A program made the translations under genes and the position numbers. Below the pieces are notes generated by a model. It was not told the origin of the DNA. It was given only the letters and a program-made list of their open reading frames with translations, and made no database searches. From positions 645,131 through 709,130 of the forward strand of contig NMRA01000018.1 in the NCBI GenBank assembly GCA_002633005.1: 64,000 nucleotides of DNA, in the 5' to 3' direction. Origin of the DNA: Phoronis australis (lineage: Eukaryota > Animalia > Phoronida). Of this stretch, positions 1-12,442 are shown in pieces; the first letter of the stretch is position 1, and the number at the start of each line of letters is the position of its first letter.

Positions 1-263
1 AAAACAAAATGGCCGCCACAGCCGCCATCTTGGATCCGATTTCGACGAAAAACAATAGGCTTCCAGTACCTCCGGAAGTACGTGTCATGTGTAAATTTCG
101 TGATGATCGGACGAAAATTGCGACCTGTATCGTGCGAACAAACAAAAAAAAAACTTAGTGGAAGAGCAACATACTTGGCGAAATTTATTTCGCCAAGTAA
201 AAAAAAAAAAAAAAAAAACTTGCTGTCAGAGCAACATACTTGGCGGAAGAATTCCGCCAAGTA
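1..263. mobile_element. Terminal part of a Helentron/DINE-1(HINE)-like non-autonomous element with a duplicated terminal hairpin
   Basis: Two copies of AGAGCAACA followed by a hairpin: TACTTGGCGAAAT-TT-ATTTCGCCAAGTA (172-199) and TACTTGGCGGAA-GAA-TTCCGCCAAGTA (237-263), separated by a poly-A run. The family assignment is inferred from this architecture. Confidence 0.5.
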
Positions 264-453
264 ATAACGGTCGGATTAATAGGAGTTGCTTTATATTTGC
301 CAGGTTTCTGCCGAGAAGTGTAAACACTCAGTTCGCATTCGTTGAAAATTCCAGGTCGCATTTTGCGACTTGATATGAGCTGACAAAAATCTCAGCTCGC
401 ATTTCCGAGTTTCAGGTCGCAAATGCGACCTGCAGCTCGTTATGTCGAGCCCT
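262..453 (-). mobile_element. End of a hAT-like non-autonomous element (dispersed repeat family)
   Basis: Ends ...ATGTCGAGCCCTG. It is the reverse complement of 23779-23961 (CAGGGCTCGACAT...) and collinear with 39221-39404, with subterminal (GG)TCGCA/TGCGACC motifs. Confidence 0.6.
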
Positions 454-1279
454 GCAGTGAGCTCCACACCTCAACTGCAACAACGCGCACCTTTGATTGA
501 TTTGGCTGCCCCGGCACAGTAACCGGCGAAGTAAATACCCTGCAGTTGCCGGGAAATAATCATTTGCTAAATTGGCTTTGATTTTCAGTTATTAGAGAAA
601 ATATATTTGAAAAACCTTACAAAAACTTACAATATATACTTGTATTGTCTATATATTAAAACTCCGTGACGCAAACGGGGGGAGGGGGAGTGCTGTGAAC
701 TGTAGTCAATGAGCTGAATTTCGACGATGGGAAAATATTGCAGTGTTAGGAGTATGACGCAGTATTTTTCAATCTCTTTTACACACAAGTTTTACTCATT
801 CAAGGCCTGGATAGCTAATTAACGTGTTTATCGGGCCCCGCGGAACACAGATATCTGCGCACGGCAGGCCAGGTGGCCCGTCATGCAGCAGCTGATATGA
901 ATGTTTCTGGAGTGGGAATTATCCCTTTTACTTTTATCTCTTAATACATGTACTTATATTAAGCCAGCTGGTATCATGGCAAGTTTTTTTCTTAAGGTTT
1001 TTCCGCCACCAAATGGTATTCTGTCGTTCATTATTGATGATCAGTCGCGCGGCCGTTACAGAAATCGCAGGAGAGCACCGCCAGTATATTAGTTTCCATC
1101 TGAATTTATTTTCGATATATTCGCAAGTTTATTCGTCAATATATTCTAACTGTATGGCAATTTTAAGCTTTTTGATACTGCATTTACGTTGTTCTATTTA
1201 TACTGTTTGTTTACCTTTATACCCCAAGTAAAACACGCTTAGCCTAGCCCGCTATAGTCAGCCTTGTTATTCAATCGTT

Positions 1280-1665
1280 GGCACAGGACTGTGACTAGTC
1301 CGTAATTTTATGCAAGTGTCTGAAACTATCTGTGTGTATATACGGCATTTATGATTTCAACCATTTATTTCGATAAAATAACCGTGGACGGCATGCCTTC
1401 GCCTTTCGCCACTGCAGTGGTCTCGATCGGTCCGCATCGGCGGCTGCAGGTCCGAGTCCGGCAAAATAATTTCTGTCAAAATTTATTTTGCTACATTTTG
1501 TCAACAATTTCAAATCTAATTGCTCCTATTTTTGCTGTCGATTATTTTATCTCCGTTTCCACGCTAGTAGACACTGCTCCAGTCGCACAGCCGGCGTACT
1601 TAAGCCTGGGTTCCTGAATGATTTGTACTTCCGGTTTCGTGGTTAGTTCAAAATAGCGGTGTGTT
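1280..1665. repeat. Dispersed repeat, with a second copy inverted at about 25600-25995
   Basis: Shared blocks such as CCGTAATTTTATGCAAGTGTCTGAAAC, GGCAAAATAATTTCTGTCAAAATTTA and CTGGGTTCCTGAATGA match the reverse complement of 25600-25995. Confidence 0.7.
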
Positions 1666-1795
1666 CTTCGGGTCGGAATCATGAACGGCGCTTTTATGTA
1701 AACTTTCTTCGCGACTACTACGGATTGTGTATTGGTTATGGGATAGGTGCAGCGTGGTTCCTTATAACTTCTTTTAACTATTCAATAAGGGTTAA

Positions 1796-2820
1796 AGCAT
1801 GTGCTGCTAGGACTTTAAGAGTCCAAGACACTTACACACACGCACACAAACACACGCACACACACAAACACACACACACACTTGTATAATGTGTGTGCAG
1901 ATTGAAAAGTGGGTAAACCGTTATAGTGAAGCCTTGCACCTTTTTGTAAAATTTCGTCAAAATCCAACCAGAGGTTTTTGAGATATCGAGTGCACACACG
2001 GAAAACCGGACGCTCGAAAACCCGGACAACGTGACGGCAATATGCGTGTGCTACTAGAACTTCAAGAGCCCCAGATACTCACACGCACACACACAAACAC
2101 ACACACGTGTGTGCGTGTGTGTGAGTGTCTTGGGCTCTTAGAGTTCTAGTAGCACACGCATATTGCCGTCACTTTGTCCGGGTATTCGTGCGTCCGGTTT
2201 TCCGTGTGTGCACTCGATATCTCAAAAAACCCCCGGTCGGAATTTGACGAAATTTTACAAAACAGTGCAGGGCATCACTATAACGGTTTACCCACTTTTC
2301 AATCTGCCCCGTTCCCTGGCGTTAGAGGGTGGGGCGTGACTTTTTCTGTTTTTTTTAGCGGAAGAGCGTTTCTGGATAATATCTAGAGAATGGATTGACG
2401 TATTTCAACGAAACTTGACATAACGGTGTGAAACATCAATGTTCTGGCACGATTAAATTTTCACAACTCCTAGTGGCCTTTTTTTTCTCGACGGAGGGTT
2501 TTTTAAGTGTCGTTGTGTGTGTGAAACCGTTTCTGGATGATATCTAGAGAACCGTTCTGTCGATTTCATTGAAATTCGACACAGAAATACACAATGACAC
2601 AGAATTGCGACTGTACCATTTGATTTTCGGCCGAATGCAACTACTGGAATGCCTCGTAGTGTCCATTTTGTGTTAGAGCGTTTCCGGGCGTTGTGTAGTG
2701 AACTGAGTGAAGGGTTTTAATGAAAGTTGACACAAGGGTTTGTTATGACAATAGGGCAGCATCAAATTTTCAGGCGGATTCGACTGCTGTAGCACCTCCT
2801 AGAGGCTCCTTTGTTTTCGA
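1796..2820. mobile_element. Cluster of DINE-1/HINE-like elements: a head-to-head inverted pair plus tandem core repeats
   Basis: 1897-2106 and 2107-2308 are inverted copies joined at a (CA)n/(TG)n microsatellite. Diverged core repeats (CGTTTCTGGATxATATCTAGAGAA...GAAAxTTGACA) occur at about 2365, 2527 and 2677. An extra terminus plus (CA)n lies at 1796-1881. Confidence 0.6.
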
Positions 2821-3225
2821 CATGAGCTTACCCTATTGTTTTATTGCATACATTAGAAATATGTATTTTGGTACTGTGTGTGTTTAGAAACTATAGTCAA
2901 AAGGTGAACGACTTTAACCGATATTGCATGCACATGATACCGGTATGTGTAAAAGATGTCTGTAATGACTTTTTGTATGCACATTCTCTTTTTTGTTCCA
3001 GATTACCAAATGAAATGGTAAAAACGTCTTCAATTTGTTCTGCATCCATACTGCAACCTAATATGTGTCGAGTGAATTTCAAAAATGAAAATAGCGGAAC
3101 CACATATCAAATATACCGAAATCTGTTTTGTCTGTTTTAAGTGTGTAAAACAAAACTGCAAAAGGACCTTATGAGATTCAAGCTCAAGCATGAAAAACAA
3201 CAGCAAATAATATGCCTCGTAAGCA

Positions 3226-3245
3226 ATGCAGTATACCACTTTAAG
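3226..3245 (+). CDS. Candidate first coding exon of the ShKT-DUF229 gene (MQYTTL-R)
   Basis: ATG CAG TAT ACC ACT TTA AG|gtaatg gives a phase-2 donor matching the phase-2 acceptor at 12375. An in-frame TAA lies just upstream of the ATG, and a polypyrimidine acceptor (tctgttttgtctgttttaag) ends at 3140. The exon is short, so a chance match is possible. Confidence 0.4.
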
Positions 3246-4129
3246 GTAATGTAGAGGAAATGTCCAAATTTGCTCAAGTGTAACTTAGGAACTTCAGAAC
3301 TCAAAATTAATGACCGTATTCATATGACGCTCTCACATACATGTACTATGGGCTGTTCTCCAAAAGCTGTTTGAACGAGTCAATTTAAGACAATTATCCC
3401 ATACGCGTTGAATCTGTCGAGGGAAATACGGCCATGTAATAAAATTTTCTGTATTCACCTCCCGCACTACTTCAATAGCGACCCCTGACATGGAATGTTC
3501 AAAAGGTAGGTCAATGTCGACTCGACGTTTTTAACCGGTTCGATCATCACACTTTGCGAATATAGTTTAAAGTAATACAGTTGCAGCAGTGTTGCTAACA
3601 CTCGACATGCAACCAGGCCCTAAACGTGAAATCTGGAACAAAACTGTTATCTATAAGACACTTATATCTCAGTTTTCAATTGCTGAATACTATATCGTCT
3701 GCAACTCAGGCGCCGATTCCTAGGACATAAAAATATCAAATATTGTTGTTTTTAACTATTTCCAGGAGATGTTACAAGTTCACTGTACAGTTGCCGTTGT
3801 TTTCATCTTTGCTACCTCTTTTCAAGAAATAAATCGTTACTTTTAAAACTGTTTCTTTTACAAGAGAAAACTTGCAACCTAACGCGCAAGTACTGTACAT
3901 ACATCATAGGATGTGATCCGGCATGTGAACAGTCTGGGTGAACTATTTGAAAAATCTGCCGAAAAAATGTAAGAAACTTAGGAATTCAAAGCGCATGGGA
4001 TAAATACAAAACGTACCTCGATTGGCATACATGAAGTAATATCCAACGAGACATTCCGCGTATCGACCGAGACCAAAGGTTGGATATTACATGTACTTCA
4101 TGTACGCCACTCTCGGTACGTTTTGTGTA

Positions 4130-7100
4130 TATATCCACCCGACTCACAACAAATTGCAACAAAAGGTTGTACAGTGGTTTTATGCTCTACTGGGTATACA
4201 TGTACTTATGAACAGGAAAAAAGTCTACCAAAATCTGACCACCGGAAATGGGTTAAAACTGCGTCTTTTCCAACCATGGCCGCCACGACGTTTCGAAATC
4301 ACTAAAATTAGACATATCTTCTTCAATAATTGTGATATCGACATACTTTTTGGATCTAGTCTAAGGTTTTAAGGGGTGAGCAACTCACTGGTGTGGTTAA
4401 ATATAAGATATGGCCATTATTTGGTATGAAATTCAAGATGGCCGCTAAAATTCATGAACGAAAAATCACTGATTTGTCCATTATATAATATCTTATCCCC
4501 TATAACGAAAGTATGATTAAATGTGACTGGCTCTGATTAAATGATCTTAAAAAATTAGATTTCACTGAATTCTGAATGAATTATTTTAAAATATGGACAC
4601 TGCGTTAATATTTAAGAGTCACTGTATGAGAAAGTCAGGCAGATGCGGGAACATAACATGCCACGGATTTTTTTGAAATATAGCTTAGTTTTACTCTTAG
4701 GTGGAATGGTCAACACCTAAAATAATTTTATTTGAAATATCTAACTTCTTCACAGAAAACTACCCCCTCGAAATTTTTGGTTAGTTTATGGCTTCAGATA
4801 CCATCAAATTTTAGCATTTTTGTTGCATCATTGTGCAAAAACGACAAATTAACAGAAACTAAGAATGACATACTGAATAAACACAACTTTTGTCTACATG
4901 AAAATGTAAAATTCATAGTTGAAAAATACTCGCAAATTAGCTATTTTTATTACTTATTCAACCCACCTGAGTCAAGCTGTGTAACTGGTGGAAATGCCCT
5001 TTATTCGATCGTTATTTCTTTTACCGCGCAAAAACACTTAGAAAAGTAACATGCTACATTTGAAAGCTGAGCCTTTGTAGATTACATACATGTATCTATT
5101 AAAACATTCGTGGACAGCGACCTGTGTGTCTCGCATGCTTTGATTGAAACCACCCACTTTGCTGATATCGGTCGTCCTGTTCGCCATTTCTGTCACACTC
5201 TCATTAACAAACCAACACAGTTCTAAAGGTTTATGAGTAACAAAAAATGATGTCAACAAGATCGTTAAGATTATTCAAAGCTTGAAATCTGAATTACATT
5301 AAAATTCTTGCGGCTGGTGCTCAATTAAATCTGAAATTACGGCTTCAAAAGAATGGCAATTGTCGGTCCTGTAATGTCTGCGTGACGTCTAGTAACGTAA
5401 AGTGGTTCCGAAAAAATAGGAACGTGTATTAACACGAGGCAAGCCAAAAGTCATAACTTGATTGAATGGTTATTGCTAACCATACCTTTTAAGTACCTAT
5501 GACTCACGGGGAGCACTGATCCCGTAAAGGTGAAAACCTTCCGGGTAGTAATTTTCTGCTGCTCATCAGATGGCGCACCGGTTTACCGAGTTGAAAAAAT
5601 GAACCTTCTATTAAACAAGTTGTACTCATCACGCAGTGCCAAGTACATATTTTAAAGTGCGCCCAAGCGTGTAACTTTGAGAAATCCTACATTTTTGGCT
5701 AACTATCCAATGCACGGAAAACGTATATTGGCTATTGCTATTTCTATAGGAGTGTTTTCGCCAACCTCCACTCAACAGTTCTTGAAGCAACGTTGCAGCC
5801 AGTTGTATTTACAATTATCACCGGGACTTCCATTTTAGTAATGACAATTGCAAAGTAAAGGACTGAAACGTAGATTCGATGAAGCATTGCAGGTTCAGGT
5901 GAGAGTGGACCAGAAGATTTCAACCGTGATTGTAGAACATTCCTAACACAATATGAATTCGAGATGTGCATAAAAATACTACATAGGGCTAGGAACGTCA
6001 TTGGTTAATCTAGGCATCAGATGTAAACCACTAGCAGAGATCCAGAATTTCAAAAGGGGCAATTGCAGTGGTGCTATGAACTTAAAATACAGACAGACTA
6101 CGAAAATGTCAAATTATTTTACGTAAGGTATCGGTGAACTTAAGTGTTTTATTAACTAATACTCATGGAAACTCTTGACTTGCAACACATACAAAAACAC
6201 ATCAGTGCAGTATTTATTACGCAGGAAATTTATACAACGCAGACATTGGTCATGGTTGACATCGAGCTATGGATAGGACACTTTAGTTTCTCACCTGTAA
6301 ATTGATTATAGTGCATATGTGTATTATACAAGTGTGGGTGTTAAAGCTGTTTGTGAACGTTAAGTTTTGGGTATCGACATCTTCGATTAAAAGAAGTAAA
6401 AATGAAACCATAGTCTACATCACACTGCATTTTTTTTGTCAACACCATACAAAAACAAGAAAAACGGAAAGTGCTCTGGCAGTATGCTTCCAGGGATGTT
6501 AATAATATGTAATATATGAAATAAAAAACCTCTAGGTGGTGCAGCATACATTATATTCGTCTGGAACAAGACAATCGCTGTCACATTCTTGCCAAATTCC
6601 ATACATCAAGATACTTGGTTGCTACAGAACCGCTAGAGGACGCTACAGCACTCAGACATGTCCTAAAATTTATGCCGGGCATACTCTCTTCAACAATGTA
6701 ACACATACATTAAATTGCACCCAGATTCATCAACAGAACTTTGTAAATATTGCGGCGCAAATATACAAACAAATTACCACTGCGGACGTCTCGGTGATTG
6801 CACCCTTTAGAAAACCTGTCAGTCGTGATCATCTCAATAGGAACACATGAGCAAAATTGAGCTATCCTCCAAGCAATTTCAAGGACAGAGAGACTGCTGC
6901 CAGAAATAATAATCTTTAGTGGCACAGAGTATTTTAAATCCAGCCGAAAATACCAGTTTGATCTCGTTTCCTCAACAGAAACAAATATACCATATTGCAC
7001 GAAAATACATCAAGAATCTTGGTAGATATAGAGGCATACATAAAGAAAACCTAAATTGCTATTAAGCAGTGCTGTAGTGGCGCGTAGGCACAGGTAGGCG

Positions 7101-9987
7101 CAACTAACCACCTTTTGGCATTTGAACGTAGTGCCTAAGCACCATAAGTTATGTTTAGTGCTCAAGGTGATACGGTGGTCTTTGGGTGCCTAATTACCTT
7201 TAATTTTACCCCTACAGCACTGCCATTAAAGGGCACCATGGGGGATCGTCCAAACAACAATAAGTGTCAGTCGTGCTCATCTCAATGACAACGTTTCTGT
7301 ACACATACGCCAGGAAGTAGGAAAACGTTGCTGGCTCCATAACTGAAACTAATTTGCGAAATTTGATGAAAATCAGTCAAGGAACTTGCTAGATAAAGAG
7401 ACTAACATGAAGAAGTAAAGTTGGCACTATGGGCCCAGTGGTAGTCAAATACAAACCAAAACTCTCTTGTGTCATCTCATTTGTAAAATTTCACATTCAC
7501 CAAGGATTTGGCGATGCAGCAGATGCCAGACAAAAAGACCATGATGACAGCATAATGGGCCTACACACGCATGCTTGCAAACAGTCATACAGAACAAGGC
7601 AAAAGTAACCAGACACTGAAAATCTTTGCCCCACTTGATGGCTAGTCCTGTTAATGCAAAAATGACTGGTAATAACTATTACCAAAGCTAATTACAGAAT
7701 GTCTTAGCCTCCATACTAACTTTCCTGTTTCCCTTCATTTTCAGTCACAAAGGAAGACCACTTTGACCACGAATTTTACTTTTGCCCCAGCTTTCATGGC
7801 AAGGAATTCCGGGTTATTTTGTCAGGATACGTTAGGCTTGTACTGCATATTAATGTATACAAATAACCTGGAAATGACAGTTAAAGGGACACTTGGCGTG
7901 AGAAGTAATTTCACAGAAAATACCATGGAATCAAACTCACTAGGAACATTACTTCATAGCAATAGACACACCATAAGGTGGAAAACAAGAATACAGTAAC
8001 AATGATGATCACGATCTACATGAATACTGCTCAAGATATCCAAACAACAGTTCTATGATTGTGTCCTGCAGTTCTCGTTTGTTGAGAACACCTCATTGGA
8101 TCGCTTTTTTGACCAGTTTTCATGCCTTCGTTGAACGCATCAATTAAAAAACATCTTTACGCTTTCAGTCGTTATTTCAGACCTTTGTGCTGACTTCAGA
8201 GTCCACCCCATTGTGGTGTATGACTTTCCTGTTGTTTGGGTACTAGCTGTCTGCATTTTACACCTGCAAATGTAAAACTCAATAAGATAGTATATGTTAC
8301 CTAGTCCATTGGCAGGGTACCAGAACAACAATTGTCAAACAATCGTGAACACCATTCACACACCTAATTGTAAGCTGATCCCTGTTCACACAAATCAAAC
8401 ACAACTTTTGCAACCAATAACCAGTTCAAAAACTCACGTGACTAAGAATCATGTGCATGAATCAGGGAAGAGTGCGTGAGGAGTGTTTAAAGGTACAAAG
8501 CTGGATGCAACACCAGGAGCCTTGTATTTTGGATGGGTAGCCATGTTTTGTGAATTCACAAAATGAGCTTACAACATCCAAATGCTGTGGTCGTAAGTGA
8601 GAGAGTTGTGTTGTTTTGAGTGGTCTGATTGATACATTAATCCATGTCAAAAAATCCAGCCGTTCTGGCATAGGGGGACGCTGATGTGGACATTGCAAAG
8701 GCAGCAGTAAACAGTGTACTATGCATCCCACCACAGTAATCGGAGAGGGCCTGTTGAGGCTTATACTCAAATACTGGACGTCTGAAACCACTTTTTTTCA
8801 GATCAGACTACCAGGCAAGAACCAATCTGAAAGTATACGACATAAGTTAGGTGAAGTGTGTGCTTAGGATTAAGTAGTATACCTAGCTACTATTCCTGCA
8901 CTCGTGTGTATGGCGTAGGAATGAAATCAGTCGCTCTGAAACTCGTGAAAGATGACCAAGTCCTTCAGTCCTGCTCAGACACACTCACCACGAAAGTTGT
9001 GAGGCCCTCAGAGATAGAGAAACTTGGCAGCCAAGCGATGGTCACAATGTTTGGAGGAGAGATCACGTGTTTACCAGGTTTGATTGTCTTGAGTGTACTA
9101 CCAGGTCATTGTTTGGATGGGGATGTCAAATGACCTGGATCCTTTAGACTGGGACTAGAAGACAATTCGTACCCATCATAACTGCCATGAATGCTGCATA
9201 ACACACTCCTGAAGATGATACATTGCAACTGCTCCACAGCTTGTAGTACGCCCCGTTGCAGTTGCAGAAAGAATCGGCTTGCTTGTACATCTACATGTGG
9301 ATTGTGGCTAACGACACATTGTGACAATCCGCTAAATCAAGTTTTTTAGGAACTTGAAGACACTGACGAGGGTTGAACGGAGGCAGTGCGTGCAATGAAC
9401 ACAACATTCTTGGATGAAATTGTAACCTAATCGTTCATGCGTCACGTCCACGAATAAATACTTTACTGGCACCTGGTGTTCAGTCATTTTAATACTGACA
9501 AATGCCTTTTAAGTAAAGAAGTTTTGAAGGTTTAAGTTATTGAGTATAGAACAACCTATACCTTGGTACATATTCAATGATTGCTTTTTCGAAAAAATAA
9601 AGGTTAAAATTCGAAACGTTGTTTTTGGCCACCCGATATATGCTCAAATAGAGATTTTTCGCTCTAGAGTTTTAGCCGCTATCTTGAGGTTCATATCAAA
9701 TACTGGTCATATCTTAATCTGAAGTACACCAGTGAGTTGCTCACCCCTTAAAACCATAGACTAGAACCAAAAAATATGTCGCTATCACAATTATTGAAGA
9801 AGTTATATCTATTTTTAGCGATTTCGAAACGTCGTGGCGGCCATCTTGGAAATGACGCAGTTTTTAAAACCCATTTCCGGTGGTCTGATTTTGGTAGACT
9901 TTTTTCCTGCTAATAAGGATACCCAGTAGAGCATAGAACCACTGTGAAACCTTTTGTTGCAATTTGTTGTGGGTCAGGTGGTATATT
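4130..9987 (+). mobile_element. Decayed DNA transposon with about 300-bp TIRs, Academ(X)-like
   Basis: 4130-4415 is the inverted repeat of 9705-9987. Internal remnants are TRVYGVGMKSVALKLVK (XPG/PIN-like segment, about 8900) and LLKMIHCNCSTACSTPRCSCRKNRLACTSTCG (Cys-rich C-terminus, about 9205-9300), as in Academ transposases. Confidence 0.55.
7067..7222. mobile_element. hAT-type MITE (156 bp) nested in the Academ-like element
   Basis: TIRs CAGTGCTGTAG...CTACAGCACTG. The flanks CTATTAAG / CCATTAAA match at 6 of 8 positions, consistent with an aged 8-bp TSD. Confidence 0.7.
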
Positions 9988-11141
9988 GACTCGTTAAGTT
10001 AGGAATCGTTTTTAAAATACTCTACAGTGTACTTTTACAAGAAGGGCTATTACAAATAGGTCTAGAATGCTTTTCATGAATGACTCGAATGCTTTTTACG
10101 AAAAGATTCAAAACTTGTACTAACAAAACCTCAGAAAGCTGTTACAGCGTTTGGGATATTTCATCGTGAACATTTATATCGATGTACCTTACGTTTTTGC
10201 ACATGGTCGCGCGACCCAATTAATGGTAAAAGTCCCTAATAAATTCCGCAGGCTTTCTCCTTTCATGAAATATTTCAATATTACTGGGTTATAATCTGCA
10301 CTTTTGTAGATATTTTGTTAAATTCTGGTCGATAAGTTGTTGCACAGTATTAATTTTTACCGTTTTTTAGTTCCTCGAGCACGTATTTTTACTTTTGCTT
10401 TGTCACCGGCTTAGACAAATACACAATACATGTACGTCGAAAGAAAGGGCAAACATGTAACACTAAGCAGGCTTCACTGTATTTATAAACACCTCAACAA
10501 AAGTTTGGAAACTTGTGTGTTAACTTATGTTGCATAAATATGGTAAGCGCAGTCATTCCCCTTTCCAACAATAGCACATTTTGTCAACAAATTTTTGATG
10601 TGCTCAGTAACTTTGCTGCCAAAGAGGGCTTGGTCTCAAAGTGAATGTTGCAAATTCCATAATTTTTGCCAAGCAGTGTCGCAACCACTGATGACAACCT
10701 AAACGCAGTAAAGTACACGAGACGACATTCTGAAGCTAGTGGCAATCCCCACTCTTCAATGTGTGAGACCTAGTTTCATCTTGCAAGATGACGACGCGCG
10801 CCCCCAGCGAGCCAGGCATGTAACACACCTTCTGTTCCACGCGGGAGTACAGCAAATAGAATAGCCCAAATGCATCCCACACTTGAACTCTATCGAACAC
10901 CTGTGGTACATATTCGGACGGGCTGCACGTGTGCGACTGACCAACACAACCACTGTGACTGAATTGAGGCGCTTACTGACTCGGGAGTGGAATACCATAA
11001 CACAACGACGCGTTGTCAGACTAGTAAACAGCATGCGAAGGTGTGTCGCTGTAGTGACTGCAAATGGTTCGTCAACCCCAAACTGAGAAGATTAGTGTTG
11101 TCTATCAACTAGAATATCACTACTGTCTTTCAGTCAGTTGT

Positions 11142-11967
11142 AGTATATAAAAATGGTCACTTACTTAGAGACGTGGTTGAACTTAGTTAGCAGACGTTTC
11201 GACCTGTTCCGCCAGGTCTTTGTCGATGAATGAGGGTTTCCCGCCTTTCGCTCGTTAAAAATGCTGGAGTACACGGGGGGTAAGTGGGGTCCTCTGTCCC
11301 TGTTCAAGAGGGGGCGCCGACAGGTGATGTTTATGGCCTCTTTGAGCTTACGAGTATGCCAATTTTGTTCCTTAGCTAGGATCCTGGATGACGCCAAAGA
11401 GATGGTATGCCCATTTTCCAAAATAATTATGTTCCCTCACAGCTGTTGGTCTGTCTAGTTTCAGACGTTCTTTGAATATGGTAAGGAACGGTCTCTTGGT
11501 TTCTCCAATGTAGGTGCGGTTGGGATTCTGGTCACATTTCTGCTGGTATGTGACCCCACATTGTTTGGCCATCGGGGTTGGGTCTTTGGGTCTGACTAGT
11601 AGGGAACGGAGTGTGTTAATGGGTTTCATGTAAGAGGAAATACCGTGGCCTCTGTAGGTGTGTTGTAGGCGTTCAGATATTCCTCTTATGTATGGGATGG
11701 CAACGGATGAGCCATCGAGTTTTTCAGTAGATTTACGACTGGGGGGGGGGTCAGTAAACATCAATTCCTGGTATCCATTAGCTCGCAGCGCATCTTGAAC
11801 TTGGTCTATCTCTTCGACATAATCACGGTAGTCAGTGATGTAACGATCAGAGCTGTTCAGGATAGTGCGAGCGATAGAATGTCTGTGCTTTAAGGGGTGG
11901 TTGGATGAAAACTGAAGGTATATACTACAATGCCTCTAGAGACCAATGGCGAACCTATTCTCCAGTA
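11142..11967 (-). mobile_element. 5'-truncated Penelope-like retroelement (GIY-YIG endonuclease, end of RT)
   Basis: CGVTYQQKC...TYIGETKR GIY-YIG motif; YLQFSSNHP at the RT C-terminus; RKLKEAI..LNRD. Flanked by the 12-bp direct repeat TCAGTCAGTTGT (11130-11141, 11968-11979). Confidence 0.9.
11193..11226 (-). ncRNA. Minimal hammerhead-ribozyme-like motif (variant core) at the Penelope 3' end
   Basis: Minus strand reads TCGACAA-A-GACCTG-GCGGAA-CAGGTC-GAAA-CG-TC: stem II, GAAA and a palindromic ACGT stem III, as in Penelope hammerheads. Confidence 0.5.
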
Positions 11968-12374
11968 TCAGTCAGTTGTTCAATAAATACAGCGTTTACG
12001 TGTTGACAGATTGTCATAATTTTTTTTGAATGCTCAAACTTGATTACGCAATTAGTTCCAACTAAATTTGTATCATTCACTTTGAGACCAAGCCCTCTTT
12101 TACAGCAAAGTTACTTAACACAATAAGAATTTATTCACGGAATGTAGTATCATTGGGAAGGGTAATGACTGCACTTTTCAATGATATGCAACATGATTTA
12201 ACTTAACCAAAAATAAAAAACACGGGAGAGTAAACACCAACTTTTGTTTAGATGCTTAGTAGTATGAAATTCACCTCAGTAATTGTAAAAGTTTTCTGAA
12301 ATTACACGCATAAAACGCCTAGAATTAATTGATCCTTTTAATAACTAAAATATTTATCCCGTCTGTCTTTACAG

Positions 12375-12442
12375 GCTTAAAGTCTGTGTTGGTGTTTTTA
12401 TCGCCGCCTCGAGTTTGGTTTCAGTACTGTTTTATTCTTACG
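12375..12442 (+). CDS. Signal-anchor/transmembrane exon of the ShKT-DUF229 gene
   Basis: Acceptor ccgtctgtctttacag|G and donor G|gtaagt. Encodes LKVCVGVFIAASSLVSVLFYSY, a hydrophobic stretch. Its phase-1 end joins the phase-1 exon at 22288. Confidence 0.65.

Larger units (their letters stand above)
10486..12260 (+). mobile_element. Internally deleted Tc1-family DNA transposon (transposase pseudogene), interrupted by Penelope
   Basis: TIRs about 10486-10650 and 12075-12260 (AAGAGGGCTTGGTCTCAAAGTGAATG / CATTCACTTTGAGACCAAGCCCTCTT). The C-terminal transposase remnant FILQDDDARPQRA...E*PKCIPHLNSIEHLW...NSMRRCVAVVTANGSST (about 10690-11086) has an in-frame stop. Confidence 0.85.

Noticed and set aside
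6076-6122. Alternative first exon MNLKYRQTTKMSNYFT with a phase-2 donor
   Set aside because: It lies inside the TIR-bounded Academ-like element and has a weaker donor context than 3226-3245. It is not fully excluded.
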